Source: Horticoccus luteus
Lineage (GTDB): Bacteria; Verrucomicrobiota; Verrucomicrobiia; Opitutales; Opitutaceae
NCBI RefSeq assembly: GCF_019464535.1
Contig: NZ_CP080507.1
Location: 3,240,001 to 3,272,000, forward strand
Direction of reading: 5' to 3'
Length of the DNA: 32,000 bases
This document shows positions 28,648 to 32,000 of the stretch, piece by piece. Position 1 is the first letter of the stretch; every line of letters begins with the position of its first letter. Both the position numbers and the translations under genes were made by a program. The notes under the pieces were generated by a model. It searched no databases, was not told where the DNA came from, and worked only from the letters and a program-made list of their open reading frames with translations.

Positions 28648-28811
28648 AGTGACCGGTCAATTAATAGCTGCAGAGCACACAAAGCGCGGCCCACGCAGTG
28701 CGCGGAAACCGCGCAACGATCGGTCGGGCCGGCGGGTTGAGTGCTCAGTCATCATTGAAATTACTGTGTTCTCGGATCGGAGTGCGGTGTTCTCGGCGAC
28801 AGGATTCGGTC

Positions 28812-29117
28812 TCAATTTTTCAAGTGGTTCAGGTCCTGCACCTGCACCGTCTGGCGCTGCCGGAAGAGAGCGACAATGATCGCGAGTCCGACGGCCACTT
28901 CCGCCGCGGCGACGGTGAGGATGAAGAACACGAAGACGTTGCCGTCCATCGTGCCGTTGAAGCGAGAGAACGCGACGAGCGCCAGCGTCGATGCGATCAG
29001 CATCAACTCGAGGCACATGTAGATCACGAGGGTGTTGCGGCGCAGCAGCACGCCGAAGAAGCCCAGCGCGAACAAGAGCCCGCTCAGCAGGACGTAATGG
29101 TAAAGCCCGATCGTCAT
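28812..29117 (-). CDS. nuoK: NADH-quinone oxidoreductase subunit K
   Basis: ATG at 29117 inside ORF 28812..29534 gives 101 aa [28 protein letters not shown]...[17 protein letters not shown]. 4-nt overlap with nuoJ. Confidence 0.9.
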   Translation of the reverse strand: MTIGLYHYVLLSGLLFALGFFGVLLRRNTLVIYMCLELMLIASTLALVAFSRFNGTMDGNVFVFFILTVAAAEVAVGLAIIVALFRQRQTVQVQDLNHLKN

Positions 29118-29626
29118 TTGATATCCTCCAGACCATCGAAGCGTTTGCTCAGCACAATGACGCCGAGCATGGCAATGAGCAGCAGAAAGCCCACGACCTG
29201 CACGGGAAGCAGGTAGGTGGTGAACAGTTGGTAGGCGTAATTCTTGAGCGGCGCACCGATGGCGTCTGCGGCAGCCTGCGCGTCGGTGATTTCCGGGCGG
29301 CCCGCAATCGTGCAAGCTCCCGCGACCATCAACGCGAGGGCGGCGGTGGCGGCGATCGCGGTGACTTTCCCGAAGGGCTTGCGCGCGCCGCCCTGCACGT
29401 CGAGGAGCATGACGATAAAGAGAAACAACGCCACCACCGCGCCGGCGTAAACGAGCACCAACAGCACCGCGAGGAGGTAGGCTTGCAACAAGCCGAACAA
29501 GCCGGCGACGCCCACCAGGCTCAAAAGCAGGCACATCGCGGCGTTGACCGCGTTGCGATTGACGATCACGCCCACCGCGCAGACCAGGGTGAGCGCCGAA
29601 AGAATATAAAACATGAAGCCGGACAT
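29114..29626 (-). CDS. nuoJ: NADH-quinone oxidoreductase subunit J
   Basis: 170 aa. [37 protein letters not shown]...[19 protein letters not shown]. Confidence 0.85.
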   Translation of the reverse strand: MSGFMFYILSALTLVCAVGVIVNRNAVNAAMCLLLSLVGVAGLFGLLQAYLLAVLLVLVYAGAVVALFLFIVMLLDVQGGARKPFGKVTAIAATAALALMVAGACTIAGRPEITDAQAAADAIGAPLKNYAYQLFTTYLLPVQVVGFLLLIAMLGVIVLSKRFDGLEDIK

Positions 29627-29657
29627 GGTGTTAGGAGCAAAACGCGAGCGAACTGGG

Positions 29658-29705
29658 GCAACGCAGCGCGCGCCGGGGCTGCAGGAGGAAAATCCCGGCC
29701 GTTGC
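29658..29705 (-). other. Two-tier stem-loop in the nuoI-nuoJ spacer
   Basis: Outer stem gcaacg (29658..29663) pairs with cgttgc (29700..29705). Inner stem gccggg (29672..29677) pairs with cccggc (29694..29699). Confidence 0.35.
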
Positions 29706-29743
29706 GTGGCTGACGCGAGAATGCTGGCGACCCGAAGGTTTCA

Positions 29744-30283
29744 TCAATGGGCGTTGCCGTGCTCCTCGGCGGCTTTCTTTTTGTCCCACTTGTAGTGTTC
29801 GTCGGGCAGCGTGCCGCCGAGTTCGTAGAGCCGGTCCTTGTGGTTGACCATTTCTTCGCGGCTGTAGCCGGTCATCGTGTATTGCTGTTGGAGGAAAATC
29901 GCCTCCTCGGGGCAAACCTCCTGGCACAGGCCGCAATAAATACAGCGCAGCATGTCGATATCGAACGCCTGCGGGGCTTTCTCGACATGGCGCGTCGGCG
30001 CATCCGGCGGAATCTCGCCGGGCGTGATGCGAATGGCTTTCGGCGGGCAGACGAACTCACACAGCTGACAGGAAACACATTTCTCCCGGCCGTTGGGATC
30101 CTTCACCAACGTGGGCACGCCGCGGTAGCCCGCCGGAATCGCCGGCCGCTCCTCGGGATACTCCATCGTGACCTTCGGCGCCATCAGGTGTTTGAACGTG
30201 ATCTTCATGCCGCTGAGGATTTGCGGCATGTAGGTGCGCTCCGCGAAGGAGAGCGGTTTGCGATCGACGGGAATGACGGCCAT
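29744..30283 (-). CDS. nuoI: NADH-quinone oxidoreductase subunit I (2x[4Fe-4S] ferredoxin-type)
   Basis: ATG at 30283 (MAVIPVDRKPLSFAERTYMPQI...). Two CxxCxxCxxxCP motifs: CVSCQLCEFVCP and CIYCGLCQEVCP. Confidence 0.9.
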   Translation of the reverse strand: MAVIPVDRKPLSFAERTYMPQILSGMKITFKHLMAPKVTMEYPEERPAIPAGYRGVPTLVKDPNGREKCVSCQLCEFVCPPKAIRITPGEIPPDAPTRHVEKAPQAFDIDMLRCIYCGLCQEVCPEEAIFLQQQYTMTGYSREEMVNHKDRLYELGGTLPDEHYKWDKKKAAEEHGNAH

Positions 30284-30406
30284 GGCGAAAAAGAAATTAA
30301 GAGTGGAGCACAGAAGCCACAAAGCGCAGCGAGAACGCACCGCGATTGCCCGCCGGACTCATTTCCGCGGTCGCTGTGCTTCCTTCGTGGGCGCTAGGTG
30401 CGAAGA

Positions 30407-31564
30407 TCATTTTTGCAGAAGAGCGATGCCCACCGTGTAAACGATAAGGTTGGCGATCGCGAGCGGCAGCAGGCGCTGCCAGCCGATTTTCATCACTTGA
30501 TCGTAACGGAAACGAGGCAGCGTCCAGCGAACCCACATGAACACGAAGAGCATCGTAATGATCTTTGTGATGAAGATGACGACGGAGAGCACCCCCACGA
30601 AAAGCGGATGCGCGGCCCAGGCTCCGAGGTGGCTCAACCAGCCGATCAGCGTCGCCAGCGAGACCCACGGCAGCGGATTCCAGCCGCCGAGAAACAGCAG
30701 GATGAACACGCCCGAACCGACGGTCATGTGCGCGTATTCGTTGACGAAGAAGAGCGACCACTTGAACGCGCCGTATTCCGTGTGAAATCCGCCGACGAGA
30801 TCGGCTTCCGATTCCGGCATGTCGAATGGCTGGCGGTTCGTCTCCGCGAAAAGCGAGACGAGAAAAACGAACGCGGAAATCGGCATAGTAAACACGAACC
30901 ACGCCCCGCCCCAGAATCCGGCCTGGCTCTGGAAATCGACCACCCGCGCAAGGCTTAACGAACCGCTCATGCCCGGGGCGTTGATCCACAGGAAAACCGG
31001 GAGCACCGACAACGTCATCGCCAGCTCGTAGGAAACGAGCTGCGAAGTCGCGCGCACCGCGCCGAGGAAGGGGTATTTGGAGTTGGACGCCCACCCCGCC
31101 AGGATCAGCGAATAGACACCCAGCGAAGAAACCGCGAACACCGCGAGCAACCCGACATCGACGTTGGCCAGCACCAGCGGAATCAGGTGTCCGGCTTGAT
31201 CGAAATACGCCCCGAACGGGACAACGACCACGGTCGTGAACGCCGGCACCAAGCCAACCAGCGGCGCCAGCATGAAGTAGAATTTGTTCACGTGGCCCGG
31301 GATCGGGTCTTCCTTGAACAACAGCTTGCCGCCGTCCGCCATGAGATGGAACACCCCGAGGCGTTGCAGGAACGGACCGATCACCGGCACCCACGCAAAC
31401 CACGGCGGAATCGCCCGGTTCGGCCCCGGACGGCCTTGGATCCACGCGGAGACTTTCCGCTCGGCGAGCGAACAGACGCCCGCGATCGGGAAGATCACGA
31501 GGATGACGGCAAGACCCTTCAGGATGCCCAGCAGGATCGGATGGAGTTGAAAAAAGTCGGACAT
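30407..31564 (-). CDS. nuoH: NADH-quinone oxidoreductase subunit H
   Basis: ATG at 31564 (MSDFFQLHPILLGILK...). NuoH motifs AERKVSAWIQGRPGPNR, ETNRQPFDMPESEADLVGGFHTEYG and RWTLPRFRYDQVM. Confidence 0.9.
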   Translation of the reverse strand: MSDFFQLHPILLGILKGLAVILVIFPIAGVCSLAERKVSAWIQGRPGPNRAIPPWFAWVPVIGPFLQRLGVFHLMADGGKLLFKEDPIPGHVNKFYFMLAPLVGLVPAFTTVVVVPFGAYFDQAGHLIPLVLANVDVGLLAVFAVSSLGVYSLILAGWASNSKYPFLGAVRATSQLVSYELAMTLSVLPVFLWINAPGMSGSLSLARVVDFQSQAGFWGGAWFVFTMPISAFVFLVSLFAETNRQPFDMPESEADLVGGFHTEYGAFKWSLFFVNEYAHMTVGSGVFILLFLGGWNPLPWVSLATLIGWLSHLGAWAAHPLFVGVLSVVIFITKIITMLFVFMWVRWTLPRFRYDQVMKIGWQRLLPLAIANLIVYTVGIALLQK

Positions 31565-31621
31565 GGCGCCGGCGATCAAACGAAGCGGGACCGCGGCAGC
31601 CGGAAGGCTTTGGCGGGACGA

Positions 31622-31643
31622 ACGAAACGCGAACGCGTTTCGT
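31622..31643 (-). other. Perfect 10-bp inverted repeat (2-nt spacer) in the nuoG-nuoH spacer
   Basis: acgaaacgcg-aa-cgcgtttcgt. A 2-nt loop is too tight, so the effective stem is about 9 bp with a 4-nt loop. Confidence 0.4.
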
Positions 31644-31673
31644 CATGACGGAAGGATGGGAGCCGCGGCGTGG

Positions 31674-32000
31674 TCATGCGGTCGCCAGGGCGGGGGCCGC
31701 CGCGGGTTTATAGTGCAACGTCTCGCCTTCCACAAAGGGCAGTGCGCTCCACGGCGTGCCGTCGAGGAGCAGGCCGGTGTCAGGGATGTTACGATAGGTC
31801 ATGGTGGCGAGGGCCGGCACTTCGGCGGCGAGTTGCGCCCAGATCGCCGGGAGGTCAGCAGCAATCGCGGCACCGCCGGCGGCAGCAATGAGCGCACTCA
31901 GCGCAGCGAGGTCGTCGCTCGCGCCCGCGGGCCCGGGCACGGCCCGGGCGAATTTCTGAATCCGGAACTGCTGGTTGATGAATGTGCCCGCCTTTTCAAA
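31674..32000 (-). CDS. nuoG: NADH-quinone oxidoreductase subunit G, C-terminal fragment (runs off the window)
   Basis: The frame stays open to base 32000 (FEKAGTFINQQFRIQKFARAVPGPAG...), and this resembles the NuoG C-terminal region. The position upstream of nuoH fits. The listed Met at 31940 is an internal GTG, not the start. Confidence 0.7.
   Translation of the reverse strand, partial: FEKAGTFINQQFRIQKFARAVPGPAGASDDLAALSALIAAAGGAAIAADLPAIWAQLAAEVPALATMTYRNIPDTGLLLDGTPWSALPFVEGETLHYKPAAAPALATA

Noticed and set aside
30297-30362. 21-codon ORF (MSPAGNRGAFSLRFVASVLHS) in the nuoH-nuoI spacer
   Set aside because: It is very short, has no SD-like sequence and no recognisable features. It is indistinguishable from chance in a 123-nt spacer and is mentioned only as context for the spacer finding.

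Overview
GC-rich bacterial chromosomal segment with dense coding and no transposase, integrase, CRISPR array, rRNA or tRNA that I can see. The PEP-CTERM sorting signal and the gene content suggest a Verrucomicrobia/Opitutaceae-like organism, but that is inference only. Most of the window is housekeeping. The minus strand carries the distal complex I operon (nuoG 3' end, then H-I-J-K-L-M-N), followed co-directionally by a long ThyX-like gene, a small secreted protein and an EEP-family nuclease/phosphatase. Also present are divergent rarA and comEC, and a minus-strand run of a Na/Pi cotransporter, ribBA, ribH, nusB and ftsY. The least ordinary part is the left third (about 1.3-8.8 kb). On the plus strand, modA-modB (no modC) is followed with short gaps by an exported Asp-box beta-propeller fused to a CusF-like Met-rich domain, a ~106-aa His/Cys membrane mini-protein, a strong hairpin and a TonB-dependent receptor. 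This run lies divergent from a COG0523 (CobW-family) metallochaperone GTPase and upstream of a 4-TM protein with an HCxxHC motif. I read this as a composite metal-acquisition locus of unresolved specificity, and it is my best candidate for something undescribed. Other points worth a look are a RibBA whose GTP-cyclohydrolase-II half has lost its zinc-ligand cysteines, a ComEC with an in-frame coiled-coil C-terminal extension, a tandem-fold ThyX, and unusually long hairpin-bearing spacers inside the nuo operon. The many long alternate-frame and antisense ORFs in the track are high-GC shadow ORFs. All family assignments are by eye from motifs; no searches were run.
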